A stretch of 64,000 nucleotides of DNA from Octopus sinensis (Eukaryota). Positions 1-63,559 of this stretch are shown piece by piece. The translations under genes and the position numbers were made by a program. Every line of letters starts with the position of its first letter. Within the stretch, counting starts at the first letter, position 1. The notes under the pieces are model-generated. The model was not told the origin of the DNA. It searched no databases and saw nothing but the letters and a program-made list of their open reading frames with translations. The DNA is taken from the NCBI RefSeq assembly GCF_006345805.1, contig NC_043002.1:43152001-43216000 (forward strand), read 5' to 3'.

Positions 1-136
1 AAGAAAAAACAGAGAAGGGAGAATATGAATGGGTGTAAATATAGCTATGAAGGGGCTGATTAGTAATGGATTCTATGGAGTGTAGTATTTGTGTGTGTAT
101 ATATATTTTTTTCTTTTATTCTAAAGTTGAGGTATA

Positions 137-1020
137 TTAATTGTTTGTCGTAGACCCGTTAAGAAGTGGCTTGTATTTTGTAATAAAGAGATTTTCTTTA
201 CTTATTCGTTGTCTCCAGGTTGTATCGTCCCTAAATTGGTAGAGGGGGAAAATTCTGAAGTTTGGTGTTTTTTTGTTGGCGCAAGTATCTATGTGTTGGC
301 TAAAAGCTATTTTTCTGTTTTGGGGAATTTTTATCTGGGATCTGTGCAGGGCCATTCGTTTACGCAAACCATTTTTTGTTTGGCCTATGTACTGCTCTTG
401 ACACCCGGAGCAGGTTAGTGAGTATATTAGGTTCTCCGAAGCACATGTGAAGTTGCTTTTCACTGTAAAACGTTGTCCCTGTTTGAAGGAGAACTCAGAA
501 CCCTCGATTAGATAGTCGCATATCCCGCAATTGGGTCTTCCACATTTTTTACTGTCGGCTTCTGTGCTGAAGAGTGAATTCGGGCTTGTGTAAGGAGACT
601 TTTCATGGATCTAGGCTGTCTTTTGCTTTTTATGATCGTGTGTGTTTGGAGGATTGTGTTCATTCTGTGGTCTTTTTTTAGGAGGGGTATGTTGTGGAGG
701 ATGGTGTCGAAGGCTTCGTTATTGAGAGGGTTGTGTGTGGAGATGTATGGTAAGGCTTTTGGTTGTAAGTTTTTCTTTGATTTGGGATGTCTCAGTTCCT
801 TGATGTTAAGTTGAAGGGCACGTTGAATGCATTTGTCAATAAGTGAAGGTGGATAGTTCCTGGTGATTAGGGTATCTTTTAGTTCTTGTAGTCGTGTGTC
901 TCTGGTGTTTGCGTTAGAGACTATAGTGCATATCCTTTTTGCTAGATTGAAGGGGATATTCATCCTGGTGTGTCTGGGGTGGCATGAATTGAATGGAAGA
1001 TATTGCTTAGAGTCTGTAGG

Positions 1021-1023
<3 letters not shown>
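137..1023 (-). mobile_element. Penelope-like retroelement 3' fragment (RT thumb + GIY-YIG endonuclease), frameshifted, 5'-truncated at (TA)n
   Basis: ORFs contain YKPTDSKQYLPFNSCHP and NLIYSLTCSGCQEQYIGQT...RMALHR...E..FITKY.P.LN. Confidence 0.9.
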
Positions 1024-1061
<38 letters not shown>

Positions 1062-1413
1062 ATTTAATAAATAAAACATATGCATACATACATATATGTA
1101 CATACCTACATCTATATGTATATTTACATGCATATGTGAGTACAGGACACCACAAATAAACGTAGAACACAACGAGAAACGAAAACATAAAATCAAACAA
1201 GGAAACAGACTTTTTTTAACAACGAAAAAACAGAGTACAAGACAAACAATACAAGGAAAATTCCCCTTCATCAGCTGCCCCTGTTTCGACCCAATGCATG
1301 TTTGTAAATTTAGGGTGAATACTTGATAGGTGTAAGCACCTGTATATGCCAGATAGTGGCAGAGGTGAGAGGGAAAATATCAAATAAAATCAAAAACAGA
1401 ACACAAAGGATAT

Positions 1414-1491
1414 CGCGGTACACGTGTTTCAAGCTTTTTACATCAGTGTATAATTGATATAAAAGATAGTTTAAAGCTCTCTACAGCCACA
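1414..1491 (-). ncRNA. Degenerate type I hammerhead ribozyme (left arm of inverted repeat 1377-1505 / 4285-4429)
   Basis: Minus strand: tgtgg CTGTAGA gagcttt...aaagctt GAAA cacgtg TA ccgcg; the + copy at 4299-4392 has CGGAAGA. Confidence 0.6.
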
Positions 1492-2497
1492 AACATTGTT
1501 ATTCCAAAGAGTTACATCACACTATAAAAAATATGAAAGATACATGTAGTATTACCCATTATAATAGATATATCATATCTCCTTGAGAAAGTGCATTTGT
1601 AAAATTTCGTAACTGTATAACTGTATAAAGATTCATTGGATTTTGAAAATCTGCCCATACTGTATCACCAGACAACATAGAGGGAATGTTAAATAGATTG
1701 GAATGTGTTTATATTCACTTCCCTTGTAAAGATAGGAAGGAAAGAAATAGAAAGAAAAAAGATAGAAAGAAAGAAAAAAGAAATAAAGGAAAAGGAAAGA
1801 AAAGAAAAGAGAATACAGAGGAAAAGAGAGAAAAATAGAGAGAACAAAAAGAGAGTAAAAATAGAGAGAAAGAAATAAACGTTAAAAAATAACGTTAAAA
1901 TAAGGAATAAGGGGCAGGGTCACTTGATGTAAAAGACAATGGAAGCAAAAGACAAGGGTAATAGAATAAAAAAAACGCAATAAAAGTAAAAATAAGGATA
2001 ATAAAGTTATAACCACATATAAATAAGAATTAGCCAACAAAACGGATAAAGTAACAAAAAATATAAAAATAATAATAAAAGAATTGAGATTATAAGGTAG
2101 AGTAAGAGATAAAGAGATAAGATGTTGAGAATACGATTTTGGCTTTGAATACGATTTTGGTAATGGTCATAAATCACTTCTTAGTTTCGAGGTTGAAATT
2201 TGATATCGTTGTGGTGAGTGGTCAGTTTACACAAATCCGTCACTACAAGTTACTAGCTTTATAAATTTATAGTATATGTGTGTGTGTATATACTTACTGG
2301 TGCACAAATACATAAGTGTGTCTCATACAGCACAGCATGAAATACACAGCATTAAAATATGGAATTACACACATATATCTACACATATCTACAGTTAAAC
2401 CCTAGTAAATATATACATACACTACTAATCATATGTACAGATACAGATATCTATACACCCACACACCCACACACATATATCTTTATACACATATACA

Positions 2498-2546
<49 letters not shown>

Positions 2547-3166
2547 GTACATATACATACATCATATACACCCCCTCACACACAGATATATATATATATA
2601 TACATACATATACACACATATATATCCATATCTCTCTCTATATATATATGTATATATATAATATATATATAATAACAAATTAATAAATAAAACATGCATA
2701 TATACATACATATATGTACGTACCTACATCTACATGTATATATACATGCATATATGGGTACAGGATACCAAAAAAAAAACGTCGAACACAATGAGAAACG
2801 AAAACAAACACAAAACCAAGGAAATGGACATTTTTCTTGAACAACGAAAAAAATAGAGTACAGGACATACAACACACGGAAAATTCCCCTTCTTCAGTCG
2901 CCTCTGTTTCATCTACTCCCCGTTTCGAAGGTCAAGGTGAGACACGACTTCGGTGAAACATTCCTTCCCGCAAAAAGCAAATTAAATAAAATTTGAGATT
3001 TTTTGCGGAGGGGTAAAAATGGTAACAAAAACAGGACAGTAAAGACAGTACAAATTATAAACAGTAAAAGACAGGGCAAAGATAATAACAGTAACACAGA
3101 CAATGAGGGCTGCTAAGCCAAACGAGAGAAAATATTACGAACGCTTGTTGAGAACGGCAGAGACAC

Positions 3167-3214
<48 letters not shown>

Positions 3215-3215
3215 T

Positions 3216-3257
<42 letters not shown>

Positions 3258-3286
3258 AGAAAAAAAGCAACAAGAATGGATTAGTT

Positions 3287-3377
3287 GTTCAGTACATTGT
3301 TTCATACGAAGAGCAGTTTTATTTAAAGCTGCAAATATGGCAGCAAATACAAATGTCCCGTATTCATCAGCCAAAAC
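3287..3377 (-). ncRNA. Type I hammerhead ribozyme (left arm of IR 3269-3425 / 3551-3708)
   Basis: Minus strand: tttgg CTGATGA atacgg...tcgtat GAAA caatg TA ctgaa. Confidence 0.72.
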
Positions 3378-3600
3378 ACATATGAGTTTTCCAAACATCC
3401 TAGGGAGTGAGGCTACCCTCATGAATGGATTTACCTTCTCTGAGAAGTTAACAATAATTTAAAAACCTTTTATAAAACTGTGCATCATTAGAAAACATTT
3501 TAAGTCTGCTTACAATCTAACTTTGAATTTCATAGAACTCTCTTCGATACTTCATGAGGGTAGCCTCACTCCTTAGGATGTTTGAAAAACTCATATGTGT

Positions 3601-3690
3601 TTTGGCTGATGAATACGGGACATTTGTATTTGCTGCAATATTTGCAGCTTTAAATAAAACTGTTCTTCGTATGAAACAATTGTACTTAAC
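3601..3690 (+). ncRNA. Type I hammerhead ribozyme (right arm)
   Basis: tttgg CTGATGA atacgg...tcgtat GAAA caattg TA cttaa; palindromic stem III typical of PLE-associated minimal hammerheads. Confidence 0.75.
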
Positions 3691-3856
3691 AACTAATCCA
3701 TTCTTGTTTATAATCACCCCACATGATTTTATGGTTAATACCATAAAGATTTCTGGTGCATCTAAGTTAAGTACCGCATTCATTTGAATTCATTGGAATT
3801 CACTTGAATCTTAATTGTTTTACTGAAATTATATATATATATATAATATATATATA

Positions 3857-3900
<44 letters not shown>

Positions 3901-3942
3901 ATACATACATATATGTGCACACCTACACACATGCATATACAT

Positions 3943-4020
<78 letters not shown>

Positions 4021-4959
4021 CATATATATACACATACACACCTACACACATGCATACATAAATATCCCCATGTATAATACATTCACACCCATAGATTCAT
4101 GTATATACACACATACATTAGATCTTATAAGTGTCTATCTTGTTTTGGGGTACATAACAGTTTTAATTTAGTAATTTAATATTTAATAATCAATATAATT
4201 TAATATACTATTTTTTTAAAAAACGGGGTTTATTTGATCTATCTATGACAAATCCAATAGGTCTGTCATTAAGTAACTACAAGTGGAATAACAATGTTTG
4301 TGGCGGAAGAGAGCTTTAAACCATCTTTTATATCAATTATACACTGATGTAAGAAAGGGGTCGTTTATAAAGCTTGAAACACGTGTACCGCGATATCCTT
4401 TGTATTCTGTTTTTGATTTTATTTGATATATATATAGATAGATAGATATACATATATATGTATGTATGTATTCATGTATATATGTATGTAAATGTAAGAT
4501 TCAGGAATCAAGATGTAGAAAGAAAGTTTGCTTCGAGCAATCCGTATTAAATATATAAAAACAATTAAGTGGTTTATTGAGACGGAAGAATGCGGATTAC
4601 ATTTCTTTATCGAAGAACGATGAGCAGAAAAAAGTTCTTTTTATATTCCACGGTAGGCAACCAGGAATGTGCGAAAAAAAATTCAAGAGTTACGGGATGA
4701 AGTACGAAAAATCCGGGTTGCATGTTTCATAGCGAGTGAAACCTCATAAGTGGTAAAATCCAAGCGAGGTGTATACCGCCGGCTACTCTTGAGGGCAAGG
4801 ATATCTTGATTGGATTAAAGGCTACATTGTCGCAAGGAAGTACATGGTGACACGGTATGGAAGGCACAGTATGAGAGGGTATATAAGTGCTGGGAGAAAT
4901 AAGTATTCTCCACACATTCTGATTGAATCTTCTTTGCGTGAACATGTACCTCCTTGCGA

Positions 4960-5610
4960 CAATGTAACCTTTCATTCTTTTACTGGTTTCAGCCAGTCGC
5001 TGAGGCCTTGGTGGAACATCGCTTTTCAGTATTTTTTGGGTCTCCTTTCAGTACTGTTTTTGTTGAACAAACGAGCTGGATGAACCTACTCTTCCTTGTG
5101 CTTTTTGCCGCAATGTGATTTCATTTGGGATTTCTGATAGAAATTTGTCCAGTTCCTTTTTGAAGGTTTCCACACCTATACCTTGCAGATCTCTTAGTTT
5201 CCTTGGTAGGATGTTAAACAGTTGTGGTACTCTGAAACCCAAGCTGTTGTAATACTGGGTGCTTATCTGAGATGAAGAAGGCGGTATCATTGGTATTATG
5301 TAGTGCCGTCCAGTTTGGTGGTTAGTACAGCATTTAATTCCAAAGTTGAGAGCAAGACCTTCCAGGATCTTCCCTATACATGTCACTGCGTACCTTTCTC
5401 GACTCCTCTTCATGGAGTAGAGCTTCAGTTCTTGTAGCCTCTCCCGGCAGCTCATTTTTTACCAAGTCAGCCTTATGAGTATAGTGACGCTGGATTGCCT
5501 CAAGTTCCGCTACCAATTTGACGCTCTGCAGCGACCACAACTAGGATCAATTATCCAAACGACTGAGGACAAATGTCCTCCATAGGTGTAGCAAGGTATC
5601 TTTATTTCTG
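4960..5610 (-). mobile_element. CR1-like LINE 3' remnant
   Basis: LEAIQRHYT...ERLQELKLYSMKRSRERYAV...KILEGL...LFNILP...FKKELDKFL, a typical CR1-group ORF2 C-terminus, broken. Confidence 0.75.
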
Positions 5611-5801
5611 GTTCTAAATAATCCATCTAGCTACTCGCCTGCGCAGTGTTGCCATTCTGGCAATATGCACATAGAATATGACATCAATATTCATGTGCAT
5701 TCCCAGAATTGGTACGTGATCTGAGAATCCATATACACCTTTGCGCATGCACTCGCGCATACACACATATATGCACGCACGCACACGCACATACACACAC
5801 A

Positions 5802-5841
<40 letters not shown>

Positions 5842-6315
5842 GACATATTTCTAACGCTATTCCTGCAATTTGGTTTTATCATTTGCATTATGATCCTATG
5901 ACAAAATCAATTCTCATAAATAATAATAAATGACAAAAATAGCTACATGCTGCTTTATCGTTGTTCTCATCTAAGTTCACTCATATTGTTCATACAAACG
6001 TTTTTACTAGCAACTCTTCAATCAAACCATTTCTATTTCTTGAGCAACTAACCATATAAAGGATATTGATTAATTAGTACTTCAAAAAAATTCTAGAGGC
6101 AGAATAAGAAAAAATTGTAAAAATGGTACCCGTGAGTTCTTCTAATCGATTATCCTATTGTTGTACTCTGCTCCTGGCTAAGAGTTCTTTGACTCGTATT
6201 TCTAGCAATGTTGGTGCATACTTTCACCGTTAGTCACTTTTAATTACGATTTAATTTTCCCCTCTTGGTTTTAAATTGCTTCTAGCCAACTTAATACTTA
6301 TATACATACATATAT

Positions 6316-6385
<70 letters not shown>

Positions 6386-6390
6386 CCTAT

Positions 6391-6699
6391 ATTTTTAATA
6401 TTTGCGTGTGTATTACTCTAAGGTCGTGGTGGATATGTCATTTATTGTAGATGCGTTCAAAAGGAGTCTGTATTTTGTGATAAAGAACGACTCTTTACCA
6501 ATTCGTTGGCTACAAATTGTATCGTCCCTGAATTGATAGAGGGGAAAAATGTTTTTGGCGCAAATGTTGATGTGTTGGCTGAATGGTATTTTTCTGTTTT
6601 TCAGAATTGGATCCGGGATCTGTGCAGAGCCAGCCTTTGACGTAGAATGTATTTTGCTTGGCCTATGTATTGCTCTTGACACCCAGAGCAGGATAGTGC

Positions 6700-6755
<56 letters not shown>

Positions 6756-7065
6756 GCACTATCCTGCTCTGGGTGTCAAGAGCAATACATAGGCCAAGCA
6801 AAATACATTCTACGTCAAAGGCTGGCTCTGCACAGATCCCGGATCCAAATTCTGAAAAACAGAAAAATAGCATTCAGCCAACACATCAACATTTGCGCCA
6901 AAAACATTTTTCCCCTCTATCAATTCAGGGACGATACAATTTGTAGCCAACGAATTGGTAAAGAGTCGTTCTTTATCACAAAATACAGACTCCTTTTGAA
7001 CGCATCTACAATAAATGACATATCCACCACGACCTTAGAGTAATACACACGCAAATATTAAAAAT
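6391..7065. mobile_element. Near-perfect palindrome of a Penelope GIY-YIG fragment centred on (TA)n
   Basis: 6391-~6702 is the reverse complement of ~6750-7065 with only a few differences; encodes ALSCSGCQEQYIGQ...ESFFITKY, the same family as 137-463. Confidence 0.88.
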
Positions 7066-7249
7066 GATACATTCAAAAGAGATACCCAAGAGTTCATTAA
7101 AAACAGTCTTAACCACTACTATAATCCGCAACTAGATGCTTTTATGTCACTTGACTATTTAACATCCTACTACTATCATATCACTCCCGCATTTTCGTCT
7201 TCTTCTTCTTCTTCTACTTGATCTTTTCCTTGATATATATATATATTAT

Positions 7250-7306
<57 letters not shown>

Positions 7307-8314
7307 AAAAAATACAAACTGGGACAAGAACGCAAAACATTTTGATGACGACACAAAAAACACGGACGGGACATTCATTCGAAGCCTTCAATCTTCAGTC
7401 AAGAACCGGATCATCCTCGCAATTTCGGCTGATTAATCTTGGGATTGCTCCAATCCGGCCAGCCCCAAGGAAAAACCAAGCTAAGCGCATTAGATTCCCT
7501 GGAAGAAAGTCTCGAATGTATACACAACAAGGACAGAAAAACGGACGATGTTACACGAATATGAATACAAAAATAATACGTAAAAACAATAATAATAATA
7601 TTAATAACAATAACAGGACATCACGAACAGGCGTCTTTCGACTAGGACGAATTAAGCTCAGCTGGCGTGTTAGGAATGTGCCTTGGGGCAGAGGAAAAAG
7701 ATGTTGGTGTTACTATGACGGCTGCTAGACCCGAAAGGCCAGCAGTCGGTCAGTCAGTCACGTGTGAAGAGAAGAGAGAGGAAAAGAGGGACAGAGGAAT
7801 CAAAGAGGGAGAGAAGAGAGAGAAAAAGAGGAACAAGGAATTAAGGAGGAGGAGAAGAGAGAGAGCGAGAAAAAGGGACAGAGACAAAGTGAAGTGCAAA
7901 GAAAGGCAAAGGAATATGGGAGAGGGGGAGAGAGACAGTGTTGAGTCGTACCGAGTTTAGAGAAATGTGTAATTATATATAAGGGAGAGGGTACGTACGC
8001 CGATATATATATATGTATAAAAAATACAAACTGGGACAAGAACGCAAAACATTTTGATGACGACACAAAAAAACACGGACGGGACATTCGAAGCCTTCAA
8101 AAATTGTTTTACTGAAATTATATATATATATATATATACATGTATATACATACATATATGTGCACACCTACACACACACATGCATATACATACATATATA
8201 TATATATATACATATATATACACATACACACATACACACATGCATACATGAATATCCCCATGTATAATACATTCACACGCAGGAAAAAATATAGGAAAAT
8301 GTGTTGAAAATGCA

Positions 8315-8897
8315 CCTAAATTTCTAAAACTCTTAAATGTTTAAAATACATTTATATACATATATACCAAACTAGGTTCAACAATATTTTTTGCTTATCA
8401 ATGGTAAAAGTTTAAAATTAGGAAAAACATCTTTAAAAGTTTCAATGTTGACAAATTAAAATGTTTAAATGTTGATAAACATACCACTACAAATGTTTCA
8501 ATGTTGATAAACATACCACTACAAGCGAAAGCGTCTATTAGAAGAGGATCAGAAAAACTGTAAACCATATTCCCATTCTTTTACTATTTCATTTAACACT
8601 TGCCTTTTCAGTATGACTTGTCGACCACCGCTAAAATTAATGAACTTTGTACATTCAAACAAATTGATAAACAGCTTTAATTTTATTGACTGCTATGAAC
8701 ATTCAAACTTACACCTTCTGTTTTGAACATTTTAATTTATCAACATTGAAACATTTTAATTTGTCAACATTGAAACTTTTAAAGATGGTTTTTTTCTAAT
8801 TTTAAACTTTTACCATTGATAAACAAAAAATATTGTTAAAAATAGTTTGGTATATAAGTAAATATTTTAAACATTTACGAATTTTGGAAATTTAGGT
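8315..8897. repeat. AT-rich imperfect inverted repeat (arms ~8315-8480 and ~8736-8897)
   Basis: e.g. atcaatggtaaaagtttaaaattag vs ctaattttaaacttttaccattgat. Confidence 0.75.
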
Positions 8898-8922
8898 ATA
8901 GATATATATATACACATATATA

Positions 8923-9439
8923 TCAGGTTGAGTAAGTACCGTTTTGAACCATGAAGAATTTGTACAGGATTTTTGCAGTTTTGAATTTTTTAAAACATCT
9001 TTTTGCAATTGTCTAATAATACAGACATAGACTTACTCAAATGCATCAATAAATTAACATTGATATTTTTTCACCCTTGTTCCAATCATCTCTGAATGAG
9101 TTGATCGTGAATTTTGTTTGTGAGAAAGGTTAGTCAAAGTTGTATTTGTTATTAATTTTGTGTCTTGAGACACTTGTTTTTACTGCCTTGCAGCAGTTTT
9201 GTTAACGCTGTCCCCCCTTGTTTGAAGGAAGAAACGCTGTTAAAATGAAGAGAATTAGCTATTCAGACATGTTGTCTGAGGAGGAGTTGGTGAAATGTCT
9301 ACCGGAATGAACAAACTTGTAACTAGTTGGCAAAAATGTGTTGATTAATGGTACCTTGATGAATAAAATTTCCGCATTGTTGAAATGTTTTGTGATGAAT
9401 TTCATGTTTCAAAACGTTGCTTACTTTCTACTCAGCCTG

Positions 9440-9440
<1 letters not shown>
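8923..9440 (+). mobile_element. Internally deleted mariner element
   Basis: TIRs tcaggttgagtaagtaccgttttgaaccatgaa / ttcatgtttcaaaacgttgcttactttctactcagcctga flanked by TA; remnant transposase C-terminus TGMNKLVTSWQKCVD at ~9301-9345. Confidence 0.8.
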
Positions 9441-9476
<36 letters not shown>

Positions 9477-9687
9477 ATGATTCAAATATTTTGTATCTTT
9501 TCATTTGTCTTGCTCGCTTACGTTCTGGCGTTTGCTAAATTTCCTTGAGAACAATCTTTTCTTAGCGGTCAGACCATACGGGATACACATCTAGCATAAT
9601 GGATGTCCACTTAGTGGTCATCCCACTTATATGTGTGTGTGTATATATATATATATATATTATATATATATATGTGTGTGTGTGTGT

Positions 9688-9734
<47 letters not shown>

Positions 9735-10391
9735 ATGTATGTATGTACCAACATAATCAAAGATTTATTTTCTTCCATTTCGTTAATATGTTCTAGAGCA
9801 AAATTAATATCCCTTGATGCTCTGAAATTGTACTACATTCAACCAAATATTAACTCTTCGATAAGCCTTATTCTTCTCACACTCTCTCTAATGATTATTT
9901 TCTTGTGTTTAACAGTGCTTACAATGCAACAGTTTAAATCACTTATTAAACTATTGATCCCTACCCATTTGTTGTCAAGTTTCTAACACCGATATCCGTC
10001 TGTTATTCACAACGTAAATGCCATTTTTTCTACTGCCCTACAAAACTAATTCTTTGTACATGATAATTCATCAAACTATCAAGCTGCTAGAGATAGCAAC
10101 CGAATCTTTGAAAATCACATTTTACCATCCTGAAATTTTTTTTTAAGTACGAGGGAAGAACAGATTGGATATTGTATTCCACAATATACTTCAAAAGACA
10201 GAATGATCCTGGTTGATTCACATACTTGACCATTGGTCTACACGGTCAGGGATAACCTGAGACGAAACAGCAACAACTAGACTTCATGCCATAGAAGCAG
10301 CAGCAGCTGCAGTAGTAGTAGTAGTAGAGGTAGCCGCGGTGGAATCTACATATTTATCTCCTACAATTACGAAATTACGGGAATGTGGTTT

Positions 10392-10606
10392 GGGGTGCTG
10401 AAAAGACCCTGGCTTTGGGTAAAAGAAAATACAGAAGGATCAGATAATTTTATTTTTATTCAACATATTCCTCTCTCAGATTCATACACTTATTGCAATA
10501 GTTCTTCAGCTTTTTAATGTCCTGTAAAAGAACTCGGAAAGTTGGGGCTCCAATCAGACATTTCACGATACCATTAAAGCCAGGAATTTTTCAGCAACTC
10601 CTCGTA
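10392..10606. mobile_element. Mariner-type MITE (3' fragment of the same family at ~13575-13648)
   Basis: TIR ggggtgctgaaaagaccctggcttt / aaagccaggaatttttcagcaactcctcgta. Confidence 0.65.
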
Positions 10607-13600
10607 TATAGGGTTTAGTATTTCTGTAATGGCTTACTCTTCTAATAAAAGACCCTGCTGAAAACAATATAATGATACTTTTCCTTACTGTATACAAAAT
10701 TATTTCTCTTCATGAAATGCTTGTGCTTACTATTTACCGACGCTGTCAATCACTAATTTTCTAGGTTTCTGTTGTTTCGTTTTGGATTATTACTATACCT
10801 TTTCCCTTCCTCAATTCTCTTTATCCTTAAATGTGTCTACAAAAAAAAAAAATAATAATAACACGCACATCTCTTTCTCATAGCAACGAATAGAAAAAGC
10901 GAATTAGAATTTCTGAGCGAATTAGAAACGTGTAACTATACCGATACCATATGTATTTTTCTGACAACTTAAAAATTCTACGACAGCTTTAGAACATTCA
11001 GGGGTCAGTAAATAAATATCGTTTTCTAAACTAGTTTACCCTATAATAATTGGTCTGTAGAAAATCAATGAGGAAGATGAGATTAGCATCATAATAGAAT
11101 ATGTTATTAGTAGGAAATAATTGCAAAATCATACACACATGGACATAAACTCAGCCATAAATATAGAGACACGAATTGATGTCGCATAACGAATAGAAAT
11201 TAAGATCATACAACAAATGTTTTTGCCATTTATGTATACATTGATTATCTGATTTTAGATTCTGTATCATTTGTTTTTTATGCTTCAAACTTATTCATAT
11301 TTTCTATGAAATATTCATAAAGAATAGCTTTTTGTTCGGATATCTTGTTTTTAGCAGCTCAAAATATTTAGTAAAACTTTCTAGTTGCTGGTAATATCTC
11401 TTTCTCATATTGTTGCATTAGAATTTCACCTTCGAGCCATAGCAGTACTCATTCGTATTAACTCTCGTTTTGTATCTGTACTCTCTCACAATCCATATCT
11501 TTACTCATTATCTCAATTTCAGGTTGTACTATTCAATATCTATGCTGACTCTCATTTAATATCTGTATTCACTGCTATTTATACGTACTGTTATTTTATC
11601 AACTGTGAAGCTATCATGTTTAAGTCTTATTTTAGCGATTTATTTCCCTCATTTAAATTCAGTCTCTGTTATTGCCACTGATATTTCTACTATCATTTTC
11701 ACTCATATTCTTTAGAAGTACTGATGGATGAATATAATACTAGAGCAGATGATGAGTGTCCGTGACCAAGAAAGTTAATTCTCAGCACATGAATCCATGT
11801 AGCACAATGTTCTAAAAGAGTATCCTCATTGTAAGCAGCAGCAGTGCTATCGAATTACTGTGTAGATGAGAGTAAAAAGATTTTCTCAGACATTAATACA
11901 TAAATTAACACAGGGAGGAATCTAGCATGGTAGATATTTAGACGATATTATAATTGGTTATCAATTATAGATTTGCTTAATTTTATTATTCATGATATTC
12001 AAATTGAAGTTGGAGAAATTATCTGTCATGCTGAATCTTTAGGTTAATCGGGTGTCTGATAATTCATGGAAAATATATTTACATTATATTTGGAAGGGTA
12101 CTCAATTATCGGGGCTGTAGAGACAGGATTCACAGTGAAAAATATGATACTTCATTTTATACAGAATTTATATCGCTCAATCTTCTTAATATGTCTCCGG
12201 TGTTCCTAACTGTTCCGGACTATAATAACAGAATATCCAACGTTAAAACAAATAGGATTGGGTAAATGAAAATATCAATTTGCATTAGTTTAATATACGT
12301 AGGACTATTTTCTACCATATATTTCCCACTACTAACATAGAGTAGTTATTTTGATGTCCGTTTCTTGACTGGTTTTTCTATAATATTCCTTATCCCCATA
12401 ACAATACACGATTAATTTTTCCTAGCATATCGTGTTCTGTGTAACGAAAACAATAAAAAATTTTGACACACGGATGCTTAGTTTTCAGTTGGTAGTACTT
12501 GATCAGGAGACAACACTCTATGCTCATATTCTTTGTCGATTACTTCTTTTTTGGCATCCATCTTTGCATCACTAGTCAGTCAGAATTTCAAATTCAGCTC
12601 AAGTGAAGATTAATCACCTTCCCTGCTGTTACTACCGCTATTCACAATGACATTGGAGTAACTGATTTAGGATGCAAGCTTGGGCTGGTGGAATGGCGAT
12701 GCCTGAATATCCGTTTCGGTCTTGTAACGGAGTGCAGTTTGTTGGATACCCGTTCGACAGTAGGAGTTGCCGGAAGAACACCAGACCGCTTTAGAGACTC
12801 TACTCTAGGTATATATTTTGTGTTTCTTCCCTAGCCTTTACATCAAAAGGTAGTGAAGCTATTTGCCCGTACCTGGGGAGCTATAATCCAGAGTAGGAAC
12901 TCATACCAGATGACACTTCAGGAATCATCTAAGCCCAGAATCACTCCAAACAAAGTCATTGCGCTTTGAAGTAATGATGCAAGTATCAACTCCCTGTGTG
13001 GATTATTCTTACAAGAAAATTGAATTGGATGAGGACGGTTCACAATTTTATTAGTGATGAACATTACTGGTTATCGAAAATATATCTATAAAAGGAGACG
13101 CTTTATATGGTACGTTTTTAAATGAATTGTGAAGACAGGTGTGTCATAAAAGCAAGCAAAGTTAAGAAATCAGCATGGAGGATTATTCAAACTGAATGGT
13201 CACGTTCAGCAATCAGTTTTAATACTTTTATTTTTCATATAAAATGGTTTTCTTTCATTAATATGAATGTAAATATCTGATACAATTTAATGGTTCAGTG
13301 GGTTAGTATAACGTATAAAGAGCAAATCAGCCTCATAAAACTAGTCTTTCACAGACAGAAATTAGAGTACGCAAAGTAAAATGAGTGAAATAAATTTCAA
13401 ACGTTATGCGTAGATAACTCAAAGCTGCTTGCAGTTATTTAATATTTACATGTTTATGGAAAATGTTTATATATTACTGAGATTAATAGTATTATGAATT
13501 TAAACATTATAAAACCAAACTGAGAATTAAATAAAAATATGGACATATCTTTTCTATATTGTTAACGTGCTGAAAAAAGAAGTGGGGTTTCCGATCAAGC

Positions 13601-13772
13601 CTTTCGCGATACTCTTAAAACCAGGAACTTTACAGTACTCCCTCGAATATGTTTGTGTTAGCTAAGAAGTTTAAAAATACATATTTTTTTGAGATACAAA
13701 TGCTAATATTACAAGATATACAACCCATCATTTATAAAATAGTTAACATGTTTTTTTTTTTATTTTTTACAG

Positions 13773-63559
<49,787 letters not shown>

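Noticed and set aside
508-1200. 230 aa ORF as an intact gene
   Set aside because: The N-terminal part reads through a TA tract and another repeat; only the part below 1023 is Penelope-derived
1255-1290. Minus-strand CTGATGA aggggaa..ttcctt (and CTGAAGA near 2890 and 7405) as hammerheads
   Set aside because: No correctly placed GAAA/stem III follows; cannot be supported
4520-4620. ESLLRAIRIKY resembling the myosin N-terminal helix
   Set aside because: No suitable splice donor; probably chance
12974-13110. MMQVSTPCVDYSYKKIELDEDG as the myosin first exon
   Set aside because: Stops in frame, and the nearby donor is phase 1, incompatible with the 13773 exon
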